A stretch of DNA of 47,441 nucleotides from NCBI GenBank assembly GCA_018398765.1, contig JAHBMJ010000454.1, forward strand, positions 1 through 47,441, in the 5' to 3' direction. This DNA is from Chromera velia. Its lineage: Eukaryota. Position numbers and translations under genes: made by a program. Every line of letters begins with the position of its first letter. Within the stretch, counting starts at the first letter, position 1. This document shows, in pieces, positions 25,864 through 38,589 of this stretch. The notes beneath the pieces are model-generated. The model did not search any database, was not told the origin of the DNA, and saw only the letters and a program-made list of their open reading frames with translations.

Positions 25864-28620
25864 TGTGTGTGTGTATGTGTGTGTATGTGTGTGTGTGTGT
25901 GTATGTGTGTGTGTGTGTCTGTGTGTGTGCGTGCAGGTCGGACCTGCCGTCTCTCCCCTGGCTCTGGGCCCTGAGGGGAGACGTGGAGAGCATTGAAGGG
26001 ATCGAACTGTCGACTCTGTTTCCTGGAGCAGAGGGCTGTTTCCCGCACGAAGAGGATGCAGAGGAAGAAGGAGGGGAAGGGAACGGGGAAGTGAGGGAGG
26101 TGAGTAGAGAGCAGGTCAGGGTGATAGACAGGTGTGCGCGTCTGGCGGGGGTGATGATAGAGGCTGCTGTGTATGGGGGGCACACCGAGGCAGTGCAGAG
26201 AATCTACCTGTGGGGCAGGGACACGCTCTGGAAGAGGGAGGAGCACAAAATGGTGTTCTCTATTCGTGTGGAGGAGCACTCAAAGGCTCAGGACGCAGCT
26301 GCTTTCTTCAGTCAGTCACTTGGAGAGGAGACCTCTTCCATCTACTTTGTTTTTGCTTGAGCGGAGTGCTTCATATGTTGATGCCTCGCATCCGTGCTTA
26401 TGTACGTGCTTGAATTCTGAAGTGCTGAAAATGTGGATGAGTGTCTCAATGCACTCAGGCTTTCGGTTTTTCTCTGTCATTCTGGGGAAAATGTTGAACG
26501 AGGCTGTCTTGTTTTTCTCATGTTGTGTTGGCATGCCAGCTGTGATTGCTTGTTGTCGCTTCGTCTTGATTTCTGCAGACCAGTGGAGCTTGGTTGAGTG
26601 GTTGGAGTCCCCTGAGGTCCCCTTGTTGTGGTCTGCTGAGGGGGCAGAGAGGGCATCAAGGAGAGAAACAAAGAGAAGGGAAACAATCAGGAGGCACAAG
26701 AGAGAACCGGATGCCGCACTCACACAGCCAGAGGACTTCTTCCGACTGGCTGTGAAGTTCGATGACTCAGATGCCTTGGAAGCTCTCACGAGCATTTTCG
26801 AAGAAGTAGGACTGCCTCTCACTGACACTCTGAGAAAGGAGCTCTGTGAGTGGTCCGTCCGCTTGTCTCTAGAATTTGAAAGGTGTTTGTTTGCTGCTTT
26901 GCTTCTTTTTTCGTCACCGTTGCACAGGCCTGTTTTTCCTATGCATAGTATGTATCACTGTGGCTGCTGTATTGCTCCTATATTGCAACGTTGTCGACTG
27001 TTGGTTTCCCTTTTACGCGTTCGTCCATTACGTGACGGCAGACCCGTGCACGCTTAATTCGGGTAAATTTGTTTTTTGTTGTGCATGCAGGTGTGTGGGG
27101 GATCAGAGTTGGAATGCTCTCAAATGGCTGCGTGCGAGAGTCCCTCCACTCCCCTGGAGCCTCCCGGAGACCCCCGAAGAGCTGAGAGAGTTCGAAGTTG
27201 AATTCGTGAGGACAATCGTGGAGGACGAGACGGCAGATCTCCCCTTTGTGCCTCCCGAGCTGGCCTCTGTCCTGAGTGCACACGTTGTGGCGTCTCTGGA
27301 ACTGGAATCAAGCAGCGAGGAAGGTCCGTTTGTATGCCCCGTGTGTGCATGTGTCTGCATGTGTGTGTGCCCTGTACAAAGAGACAAAAGACCGCGGTGG
27401 GTTGGTGGGAATGTGCGGATTTTGTACTTGGTGCGACGCACGGAAGGTGAAAAGCAAAGGAAGCCGGAGAGAAAAAGAAGGAACAACTTCTTTCTTTCTC
27501 CCTCCCTCCCTCCCTCCCTCCCTCCCTCCCTTCCAGACCGCTTCTTTTTTCTGCTTGGGGGTATCTGTGTGTGTCTGTGTGTATGTATTTATGTATTTGT
27601 GTATGTGTGTGTGTGATGGTGTCTGACGTTGCAGTACGGAAGAACTTCTCCCCCCTCTACTGGCTCCAGGAAGGAAACTTCCCTGTCTTCGTTTGGTTGA
27701 TGGAGGGAGGAGCTGAGCACTTTGGAAAATCACAGGCAGACAGGAAGACGGGGGCACTGAAGCTGCACCAGAGGGCAGCAGACATCTGTCTGTCTGTGAC
27801 AGGGCCGTCCCCGTTGGGGCTTGTGCGGTCTCCCCCGGCCTTCAGTCTGGGGACGCCAGTGGACAGCTTCCTCGACGGAGCGTGGAATTACTGGGCACTC
27901 CTGGAGAGTGGTCCCGGAAAGAGATTTCATGATAACCACATTGTGTGGAACCTCCAGTCCTTCCCGGGGTTTCCGTGAGTGGAGGAAGAAGATGGAGTTT
28001 CGAATGAAAGGCCTGGACGATTTCTTCCGGTGGGCACAGAGACGCCATGGGGGCCTGGGAGCAAGAGTGGCGCTTCTCTTGGTGCAAAAGGCAGGTGAGT
28101 GATTAGTTTTTCCTTCCAAGTCTGTGTGCACACATGTTTGCCTTTGTCCTCACAAAATGAAACGAAAGATGTGTTGAACCAAGAGAAGGGCTGGTAGGAA
28201 GGAAGGAGGGAAGGAAGGAAGGAAGGAAGAAAACCAAAGGAAGGTTCTCTCTCACTGGCTCTCGGGGCTCCCTCCGACTAGCTGATTCAATCAGCTTTCC
28301 TGCATGCATGCATACCTGATCCCTTCTGCTCTTCATGTAACTCTGTTTCTACCGGTCTGCTTCTTTGGCTGCCTGTCTGTCTGGAGCATATGTTGAGGAA
28401 AAGATGATCCAACAACGACACGCATGGTTTTGGCGTATGTGTACACTGCATGGGTCAATTTCTGAGTGCGGGAGGGATCGTGGAAGAGTGTCTGATGTGT
28501 AAACTGCGCATTCACTCTGCCCAAATCGTTGATTTCATCTGCATGAATGAAAGCAGCTTCGTGGAACATTCCCGGAGGGGCTCAGAATGTCGTGGAGGCT
28601 TGGAGAGGGACTCGGCTGGA
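24876..28620 (+). CDS. Multi-exon protein with F-box-like N-terminus and degenerate ankyrin-like repeats; probably frameshifted
   Basis: [15 protein letters not shown]...[67 protein letters not shown] introns with (TG)n; apparent frame change near 25500-25545. Confidence 0.55.
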
Positions 28621-30330
28621 GGAGACGGCAATCCGCGTGTGGGGAGTTGGGGGCTCCTTTTCCTTTGCAATTCGTGTATGGGGCATGGCGGGGTGACCTT
28701 CCTCTTTTGTCCCTCTTCAAAAGGGGTGCATCATATTCTTTGATAGTATGGTTTTGTAACGAATCAACAAAAACAAAAGGCGTTATTAACTTATTATGGT
28801 GATCTGCTCCATGTCGTATAAGCAGACATGGAAAATACTATTGAGATTCATGCACAGTCAGATATATCATATATGCTGAAAGCTCTGAAAGAGTAAGCAA
28901 AAATAGTACTTTAAGATACAATCTCAGATCGCGTGGATTATAAAAATCTTTTATAAAAATTCAAACTCAAATCATACTTAGACATTCATTAATTGTGAGT
29001 CTTGACTTCAATAAATAGAATTAGAGAAAATGTAATTTAAGTCTAGTAAGATGATTTAGTAGCCAGATTTACAGATATAAATGCAAAACTACCAAATGTT
29101 TAGCTAGATGTTTAGCAAAATATAGATAGCAGCTTAAATTATTTTATGTAATTTTATGTGAATTTGTTTGGCTTTTTTTTTTATGTGTAACGCTTCATCA
29201 AAATACATATGATTTAGAGTACTACTAAGAGTAGTGAGTGTAGCAGTCTTTTTCCTTTCAGAGCTTTTTCAAAGAAGTCTGTGAATCTGAAGCATACGAA
29301 GATCAAGTCTAACAGCTGTTGTTTGGAGTGATCAATGAAGTCAAATGATTCTGTCAGTGCTGAAATTCGTGCGGTGCAGCACTGAATCAAATGTGTGCAC
29401 GGCGGTCAATCAAGTTCATCTGCGACCCAGAGCACGCCCGACGGCTTGCATGCAGCTCACCCCAGGCCATACATGAGGGTTAGCTAGCTGGGGTCCAGGT
29501 ACTAATCTGATTTGAAAAGTGGGTTGACTCCCGCCGTACTACTACTAAGTCTCCCGGATGTTAGAGCCCCAGTTGGGACTACTTAAGACGTTTTTTTAAA
29601 CGAGATTTTGGTCTGGTATAGTCAGATGGCAGCGAGGTCGCCCTGACACTTGAGAGTTCATAACTTTGTGTTACTTTGTGTGTGTCTCAAGCGTTTTCTC
29701 GATTGCATCATTTTCACCTTGGTTGCCGGCTATTGCCGCCGATTTGCCGGCCCCTACTAGGAATGTTCTAGTATGATTAGTTCTCTTCTAATAGCCGAGA
29801 CAGTCCTGCTATGCACGTACTGTTTGCTAAAGGACTGACGGTGGACTCTACCGAAATCACCATCTCCAAGATTGGTCAATATGACGGCATGCTCTCACTT
29901 CTGGGTAAGTCAAATAATCGAGCAAAAAGAATGCATGCAAAAAATTCCACTTTTGTGCGATCCGGGTGGGGACGCCGAAAAAAGTGAATAATTAATGTGT
30001 GCACCTTCTACGCGCGCATCATTCACGAGAAGTCACGGGTCTGATTGCATATACAATGGTGCTGACACACCAGAACCGTGCATGCAATGTCAGACGGACT
30101 GACTCCAAGAATGTAACATCTGATCAATCGAGAAGCACAGGACAAGGCATGAGAACCAACGTGCGCGACCCCCCTTTCCTCTTTGCTGCTGTCTTTTGTC
30201 TATCGCTTCCAGCAGGTGAATAGTACACTCAATTATATAAGCAGGAAAGAACATAAGAAGATCGGTTATCAAAGGAGGGAATGTAACAAAATCAATAAAG
30301 AACAGTAAAAAGAAAGAAAGTCCTTTTATT

Positions 30331-31971
30331 TCATAATGCGATGAACGAAGGACTCCTCGAACGAGCAATGACATAAGAAAAAACCTTCACGAGAAAACGA
30401 AAAGGCCAACGAAGAAGAAAGCATTCAAGAAAAAGAAAAGTCAGTTCATTAACAAGAACACAAGCAGGGGCATTACAGGAAAGCAAGGAACGCAATACAT
30501 TCGAACTCATCTGTCCGATCATTCCCTGCAACCGAGAAATGCAAGAAAAACCATGGATGAATCTAACTCTCTTCAGGGTAGGGAACGAAGGGAATGGAAG
30601 AGCATTATCAAAATCATGGAGGCACAAAAAGGAAAAAGCACACAGGTTATGATACCATTCGACGAGAGCATCCCGATTAGGGTTTGCAGCTGCAAAAAGC
30701 AAAACAGAGGGTATCTGTTAGAGAAAGAAAATCCGAAGCCCCAGCACCGTGGAGCCTCCCTGCCTTTCCAAGACACATTCAGGACTGTAAAGATCTTTCT
30801 GTAAAAGTAACGCAGGAGGACTCCCATCCCGAAGACTCATCACATCAGAAGAAGCGCAGCCAGGAAAACAAATAAAGAGAGAGCGGTCATCCATATATCG
30901 TGCACCAAACCATGACTTGTCTTCCTAAGATGAAACAGAGAAAGAATCAGCAACCGAGAACTCTTGCCAGGCTGCAAAGAATCTCGCCCGCCCAGGAGAG
31001 CATGGGCTCCCCTGAGGGAAGCCTTCCTTCTGTCGAATCAGTCGTCCATGAACATGAATCAGATTAGTACGAAAGTCAAGGTCAACGATCTCTAGTAGGA
31101 CATTAATAGGGCATGAGATGGCATCTGCGAATCTGTTGTGAGAGGACAAGAAGGCAGCAGGCTTCACATATTGTCTGCGTGATACCCATGCCTCTCCACA
31201 TGCCCCCCTAGCCTCCTTCTTACAGAAAGGACAGAACTTCGGCAGAACGATATATCTGTGTCGAGATTCTGCCTTCACCCTCGCGACGAACTTTCTAAGT
31301 GACAACAGAAAGGCATCGCGTGGGAGGGAGGGGAAAAAAGCTTTGATATCATCAACAACCATCTTAATGTGACCAACAGGCCAGTCAAGCTTTAGCAAAA
31401 GCTGTTTGGACCGATCAGCGGAACGTCCATACCCGGCGTTGAATACAGACACACATTCCTGAAAAGAAAAAGTCGAGTTCAAGTCACAGTGAGGGCCGAA
31501 GTAACGAAGCAGGCCATTTAAACATTTACATGCAAAGGAAAAGAGAGACTTACGTCCATGCAAGGCATACGAGACGAGCGGGCGGTATTTGATAGACGAC
31601 CAGCCCGCGGGCAAACGACCATCGTCCCCCCAAGATTTCCTTTTTACCCATAGAAGACCAGTCCCAAAACGATGCTTCCTTCTATTCAAGGAACCAAAAC
31701 GTAAAAGAAAAGACTTCAAGGCAGCAGACTGGTCCACGATGCTACTCGCCAGATCATTAACAGCGCAATCAAGGTCCGCCTGTCGCAAGACAGCATACGA
31801 TCGGTTATCTATGAAAGCCGCTCTTACAGCTTGACTGTACTTCCATGCACATAGAAAGGCTAGATCACCTCGGGCCTTATCCACCGGAACAACAGCCAAC
31901 ACATCCAACAACTTTTTCACCATCCCAGCCTTCTTCGGAAGGGGAGGCCCCCTCCTCAGAGCACGGAGCAC
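30331..31971 (-). pseudogene. PLE reverse transcriptase (one frame, with in-frame TAG at 30927-30925 and TAA near 30718)
   Basis: All RT motifs lie in one frame across the two stops (31971, 30900 and 30702 differ by multiples of 3). Confidence 0.85.
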
Positions 31972-32892
31972 ATAAAAGAGTAGTCACCCACCTCTCCCTT
32001 AGGTCTGCCATAACCGCCGCAGACACACCTCTATTACCCCCCCTCCCCTGACTATGCCGGGCAGAGCCAAGACGTCCCCTCCCACAACCCCTTGGGGAGA
32101 TAAAAGAAGAAATAAAAAAGTCAATCCCCTTCTCAACCGTTGCCCACGATCCACTGTTTGGCCATAATTTACATGAAGACAAAAAATTCAAAGGGAGAAA
32201 GAAAAGCGAACGGAGAGACGGAGAAGAAGAAAGAAGTGCACATGTATGTCCCTCCAGAAGGGGCAAATCGAGAAGTCGAGCGATTCGAATGCAAGGGCAA
32301 CCATCATGCGAGTTACCATGCAATTCAGAAGGAGCATTAAAACAAACCTTGTATATATTGTCGAGCATCTGTTTCAAGTTCTTGAGTTTTGATGGCAGGA
32401 GTCTCAGATGAACTGAGCTCTGCGGAGCAACTTCCTTTCTGATCAATTCGAACTGACAAAAGTAAAAAACCCTGAACTTTGGGCAGCCAGCAAGCGGAAG
32501 GCGAATAGAAATCAACTTCCCTTTCAGTATCTCCATCATTGACCATCCATTCAGTTCACACAGACGTTTAACGTTCATGTCGAATGTCTGTCTGCCTGTA
32601 GCAAGAATTCCCCTTCTCGGAACCCTCCTCACACATGCCTTGATATCATCCTTACTGGCATTGACAGATCTGATCAACCTATCAGGAAGCACCTTCTTGA
32701 AAAACATCACAAGAAGTCTGTCACAAAAAAGAGAAACACATGCATCCCCAGACTCATCCCCCCTTTTCCCACTCACCCTCTGCATAAATTCATCACGAGA
32801 GAGGAAAATACCTCCCCTCTCAACTTTCTCCGACTCTTTCGTCAATGAATGCACAGAGAGGAGCGAAGCTTGTGTCTCAGCTGAGTGTAACC

Positions 32893-33570
32893 TTAACCTC
32901 TCCTGCACGCACGGGCAGACAGACGGGAGCGTTTTAGTTTCAGTTCAGTCGAAGGGTTATTTCTTTCCTTCCTCGAGACACCCACAGTATTCCACGTCGG
33001 TTGATACGCTCTAATACAAAGCAATTCCATCATACGAAGACTCATTTGGCCACCATCCACCCATGTCAGAGGCAATACAACGAAGAGAGCATGACGAGAA
33101 GCGTCATTAGACAGCACTGAGCAAAAACGATGTGCATATCCCCGCCTAAATTTATTCGCTGCCCGACCCCCCCTCCGTGATCGTAAAGCCGCGTAGAAGT
33201 GCTGCATGATGCGATCAAGCGCCATTCCCACCGTACTCCCGAGGTATAGGCCTCTCTTCCATTGGGACCAAACCATGTAAATCACTTTCCTGTCCCACCA
33301 CCCAGCATGCCCACCTGTTTCTCTACACACACTCCTCACCTCCCTCAAATATTTACTGTACGCACTATTCCCCAACTCAAGCCAGACAGAAGCAGCGATA
33401 GAATGAAACAGGATCAATCTCCTCATGATCTTTTGTCGATATCCTTTCCTGAACAAGGTCCGACTGTATGACCACGCCCTACATCGATCATCAGGAGAAG
33501 CCGGCATCACCTTCAAAGTGTACGAAAACGTACTAGAACTAATAGTAACCGAGGCCCAGGGCCCCGGCAC
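32893..33570 (-). CDS. GIY-YIG endonuclease domain of the PLE
   Basis: VIY-x9-LYLG, conserved Arg/His, catalytic Glu and the terminal P-x-x-N. Confidence 0.85.
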   Translation of the reverse strand: MPGPWASVTISSSTFSYTLKVMPASPDDRCRAWSYSRTLFRKGYRQKIMRRLILFHSIAASVWLELGNSAYSKYLREVRSVCRETGGHAGWWDRKVIYMVWSQWKRGLYLGSTVGMALDRIMQHFYAALRSRRGGRAANKFRRGYAHRFCSVLSNDASRHALFVVLPLTWVDGGQMSLRMMELLCIRAYQPTWNTVGVSRKERNNPSTELKLKRSRLSARACRRG

Positions 33571-34686
33571 CAATTATTAATAATCTGTAGCGTGCGCCGT
33601 ACGTCAACCAGTTGTCATTTTTCTCTTGCTTTCCGGGGCCGTTCGCACGCTTGCTTGCTTAATGCACGCGCCCGGACATACCGCGAGGCCATACCAAGAA
33701 TAAACACTGCGGGACAACCGTAACACTGCTCTTTGGGGCCATCTAACTCTTTTAATCAATTTTTGACTTGGATACATCGAACGGTCTATCTGCATATATG
33801 TATGTCTGCATGTGTTCTGTTTGAAAGTAGCGATGCTTCATGTGGGTATGTATTCTCTCTTACACTAATCAATCACCATGGCAAATGAAAGTGTGACAAG
33901 TGTACTTCAGAATACATGGGATCCATATCACAAGAAGTCAACAGTTAAACACTCAAACAAACAGATTTAGATGAGCCAGAGCAGTATGTCCGTCTCCTCT
34001 GTTAACTGCATGCTCACATCACACAGCCAGGTAGGGGATCATTTTTTTCAGTCATAACTACAAAGATCTGTGGCTCGGGCTGCTACAGTCCAGTGAGGAA
34101 TGGGATAGGTAGGCAACGAAAGCAGCTATGCATGCACAGACTGGTACTCCTCTCTGAGCGATTTTGGATTCTATGCATGCATGTGTATCCCTGCAGGCAG
34201 GCAGTTCCCCACACGACTCTGAAAAGCCGGGCGGAGCCTCTGTTTGTATGTTTAGTGGGTTTTTCCCCTGTATGTTCATGCATGCAGAGACAGTGCATCC
34301 ACACAGACTGTAACCGTTTCTGATTGTTTGATGTTCACGATATTTAAACCTTTTGGACCTCCCTGTGGTAGGAATATGTACGCTAGTGTTCATTGTCAGT
34401 ATGGCCTGGCGTTATGGCTGGAAAGAGAGACGCAAATAGACGCAATGCGCATGATCGACGCTATGGAGTCCTCTGTTCTTCTGTCTAAAAATCTCTGTCA
34501 TAAATTTATGCTTGGTATCTACACTTCAGAATCATTCGCCTTCTTGGTTGTCCTTTGTGGGCGTGAATGTCCGACTTACTAGCTGTCTAAGAATCGGAGA
34601 CAGCAAATTGTAGAGTCACTGGAGTTCAAATCTTCGGCAGACAACCTGCACTGCCGAGTCACTTCACCACTTAACGTAGGTTCAAG

Positions 34687-36667
34687 ATGAGCTGCAGCAA
34701 ACTCAGGCGCCTTGGTCTTAACGCCTCGTATGCGGCAGCAGGCAATGAAGACCAGGCGGCGAGCGCTCTTTGCCCCATTTGCCATGATTCCATAGAGGAC
34801 GCAAAAGAGACGAACTGCAGTGGAAGACACGTTTTTTGTGGTCCCTGCATCAGAAAGGCCTCAGACAAAAAGAATTCTTGTCCGTGTTGCAGAGGGAACT
34901 TCTCCAAGATGGAGAGCCCCCCCGCCCTCTTGAGAACTTTAATTGAGCAGGTCAAATGGAAGTGTATGCATTTCGAGAGGGGCTGCTCCTTTATCGGCAT
35001 GAAGAAGCAGTTGGAGGAGCATCTTGATAACGACTGTGGTATTCATGAGATCAAGTGTCCCTTCAGTGGCTGCGCGAAGAGAATGCTGCGAGGCCTCCTC
35101 GAGGGGCACAAGAAGACCTGTGGGTTTCGTCGTGTCCCCTGTGATCATTGCAATGAAGAAGTACGATTCAACGCCAAGAGTTCGCATAATAGCAGCTGTC
35201 CCAAGATCCTCCTCAGCTGCCGGAATAGGTGTGGTTAAAAAATTCCGAGAGAGGCGGTCAATGTCCACATCGAAACTGAGTGTGCGGAGCAAGTGGTGGA
35301 CTGTACTGTGTCTGGGTATGGGGCGAGAATGAAGAGGAAGCTGGTAGAAGAGCATGAAGAAGAGAACTTGAAGAAGCACGTCAAGCTCCTGTCCACTGAG
35401 CTTGCACAGATGAAGAGTTTGCAGAGGGAGGTGGACGAATTGAAACATCAGAACCAGTTCTTCCAGTTGCACTCCTCTTCTAAAGCTCGCGGTCGGTCAA
35501 TCAAACCATTTCGATTGATGCACAGTAGAGACACATGCGCATGTTTTTTTCCCCTTCGATCGTTGTGTTCTCTCTCCCGCTGACCGTTCACCTCTTCTTG
35601 ATATGTGATCGAAGGAAGCTAGAGCAAGAGCCAGGTGTCTCGCTTATCATTCACTGAATCTAGTGAAATGTAGCGAGAGAGATTGGGGACATGTCTTTTT
35701 CTGTTGGCCACCTGCTTACTGCTGAGACTTACTCTTTGTCTGCTCAATTCTCCCTCTCCTCTGCATGCAGACACTCTGGAGTTCACTGTGCGTATGCCAG
35801 ACTTCGTAACGAAGTCAGCAGAGAAAGGTCGCGGCCAGTTTCTTCAGAGCCTCTCCTTTCTCTTCCAGGTGAGATGGAGTTCAATCGAGTTTGATGTCTC
35901 TTTGCCAGCGGGTTCTGTTGTTCCTTTTCCAAACAATCTTCCCATTCGGTCTCCCACGCACTCCTCGGTCGTCGATCAGTGTCTATTTGCTTTTCCCTCT
36001 CTCCATCCATCCATCCTGCATTTGATGCATGTGTCTTCTCTCTTAATTTCCTTCTTACCTGAAAGGAACATCCTGAGGCCATTCCGCACCCTCCCCCAAT
36101 CCACATCTTTCCTTTTCCTGCTCTGCATCGATGTCTATATCCAGTGTCCTCGTCTGTGTTTTCTCCTTCCCTTCCTGTGTCTGTCTGTCCGTCCGTCCGT
36201 CTCTTGTTTTGAGTGGAAGCAGCGGGACAGTAGCGTGTGATGAACAATGATCACGTGAAGTTCTGTCGGAAGGTTGAGAGGCAAGGGGCGCTTAACTCTC
36301 ACCTTTCGGGCCTCCTGCCCACTTTGTCTGAGTTATCGTGATATTCTTTTTTCTTTGTTGTTTTTTTTCTTTTTGTCTGTTGTGTTCATGAAGAAGAGGA
36401 GGGAAAGAAACCATATAGTATGTCTGTCTGTCTGCGTGCCTACCTGCCTATCTTCGGAACGAAAGGAAGAGAAAAAGAAAGAAAGGACGATACAGCCTTT
36501 CTGTCTGTCTGTCTGTCTGTCTTTTTTTCTATTATATACATGAAGAAAAGAAGGAAGAAGAAGAAACCTGTCTGTCTGTCTGTCTGCCTGCCTGTCTGTC
36601 TGTTTGTTCTTTCTTTTTGTCTGTTGTGTTCACGAAGAAAAAGAGGGAGAAGAAGAAGAAACATACA

Positions 36668-36704
<37 letters not shown>

Positions 36705-37364
36705 CCTTTTTTCTTTCTTTCTTTCTTTTCTTTCTTTCTTTCTTTCTTTCTTTTTGTCTTTTGTGTTCATGAAGAAAAGGAGGGAGAAGAAGAAGAAAGA
36801 TATAGTCTGTCTGTCTGAAAGGAAACGAAAACGTAAGGAAAAGACGATATAATCTGTGTGTCTGTCATATAGTATGTCTGTCTGTCTCGAGGCCTGGAGC
36901 TCTGGTACCCTTCCACTGAGAGAGCGTGCCAAAAGAAGAAAGGAAAAAACAGAAGAGAATCAAGAAAGAGAAAAAGGGAAAGAAACGACGATACTGTCTG
37001 TCAGTCTGTCAGAAAGGAAGAGAAAAGGAAGGGAAAGACGATAGAGCCTGTCTGTCTGTCTGGCTGTCTGTCGGAGAAGAAGAAATGCATAGTTTGTCGA
37101 TATAGTATGTCTATACACTCTCGCTTTGTCTCTTTGTCTCTTTCTCTCTCTGTCTGCGTGTGCGAGAGTGAGTGATTTGTGTGACCTGTATGTATGTGTG
37201 TGTATGTTGGTGTGTGCACAAGTGTCTTTGTGTTTGTGTGTGCGTGTGTGATTATGTATATGTGTGCGTATGCTCGCGCGCACGCGCGCGGTGTGTGTGT
37301 GTATGTGTGTCTTTTTTTCGCCCCTGGCCCATGTGTGTAGTTTGTGTGTGTATGTGTGTGTGTA

Positions 37365-37396
<32 letters not shown>

Positions 37397-37933
37397 AAAG
37401 AGAGAGAAAGAGTGAGAGTGAGTGTGAGCGCACGCTCTTGTTTGGGAGGGGTTGCATGCACATGCATGACTCTTGCATGCCGCTGGTCGAGTTCTAGTGT
37501 ATGGCTCCTTTCCCCTCATGCACTTCCATGAATTGACGTTTTCTCGATCCTTCTGTACTTTGTATGCACTCATAAAATTGTACTTTATGCATGCATGTAG
37601 GACCGCCGGTTCCGTTTGATGGTCTACCCGAAGGACGACACGATCGCTGGACATAGAAAGGCGTCGGTTTTTCTGTCCTGGAGTGAACACTACGACGGCG
37701 CGTACTTTTTCAGGGTGGAGCTTGTCAACGGGAATGCCCTAATGGAAACGACTGGCAATTTTTCAGACTGCAGGCTTCCCTCTGTGCTGTCCTGGGGGTG
37801 GCCTAATTTCTGCTCCTCAGAGGTGCTCCTTACAGCTGCAAGAGCGACCAAAGGCGAGGCTCTGGAGCTTTGCATCCATCTTTCCTCTGCCAAATCGAAC
37901 AGACACGCTCACATTCTTAGTGGGTACAGTTGA
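34687..37933 (+). CDS. TRAF-like protein (RING, TRAF zinc fingers, coiled coil, MATH); exons 34687-35491, 35771-35868, 37601-37933; one in-frame TAA at 35236-35238
   Basis: RING CPICHD..NCSGRHVFCGPC..CPCCR; repeated C..GC..H..C fingers; MATH motifs FRLMVYPK, SVFLS, SWGWPNF; both GT-AG introns are phase-consistent (411 codons). Confidence 0.85.
36340..37430. repeat. Intronic compound microsatellite/minisatellite
   Basis: (TCTG)n, (TTTC)n and (TG)n blocks with a recurring TGTGTTCA(T/C)GAAGAA..AGGGA module. Confidence 0.8.
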
Positions 37934-38485
37934 GGGGCCCCTCAGAGCAGTTCACTGGAAGCAATGTATTTGGGTTCGTTCCGAGCTTTGTATTGTATCC
38001 TCTCGATTTCACCTACCATACCCCTCGTGCTAATGACCATTTCCTGACATTTTCTTTCACTTATTCACTCCCTATCATCTTTTTTCCTCAGAGCCATGCA
38101 ACCTCCTCTGTTTACTTACTTACCCATGCGTAAGGGAGGACCAACGCACTGCTCGATCATGCCTCCGTCCTTCCTTCCTGCCTGACAAGCCTCGATTCCC
38201 CTTCTGGCCTCTCGTACGGCGAATGCACATGCCTGCCGCTTTCAGGTGGAGAATCTGTATTTGTGCTCTCACCCTACCGCAAATCTTACTCGATCAAGTG
38301 CTTCTAACATTCAATTCTCGCTCAACCGTTCGATCATCTGCCAGCTGTTTTAAAAACATCCGATCTGCATACATGCCTCGATTTTCTTCCATTGTGCTGG
38401 CCGTCCACTGCATGCACTCATTTGGGGGGGTGACGTTACACACACCCTTTGTCCTCACTTTTGTGCTCATGCATGTTTCCTTTTC

Positions 38486-38551
38486 TTCTCTTCTTCTTCT
38501 TCTTTTTGTTCTTCTTGTTCTTCCTCTTCTTCTTTTTCTTCTTCTTCTTCT

Positions 38552-38587
<36 letters not shown>
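38486..38587. repeat. (CTT)n-(CTG)n compound trinucleotide repeat
   Basis: Seen directly. Confidence 0.9.

Positions 38588-38589
<2 letters not shown>

Larger units (their letters stand above)
30237..33570 (-). mobile_element. Penelope-like retroelement with N-terminal GIY-YIG endonuclease followed by RT (Naiad/Chlamys-type domain order); disrupted copy
   Basis: EN: VIYMVW..LYLGST..DRIMQH..MELLCI..PTWN. Linker CPC...GH. RT: VPVDKARGDLAFLC, KYRPLVS, VDDIKAFFPSL, GFPQGSPCSP, RYMDD (30900-30886), VLGLRI, thumb to 30331. Flanked by CAATTAT direct repeats (30230-30236 and 33571-33577). Confidence 0.88.

Noticed and set aside
25721..26279. ORFs with HT/VC dipeptide runs (also 36960-37690 and 44144-45333)
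   Set aside because: Translations of intronic microsatellites.
30925..30927. Selenocysteine recoding in the PLE, as reported for some Naiad elements
   Set aside because: The internal stops are TAG and TAA, not TGA.
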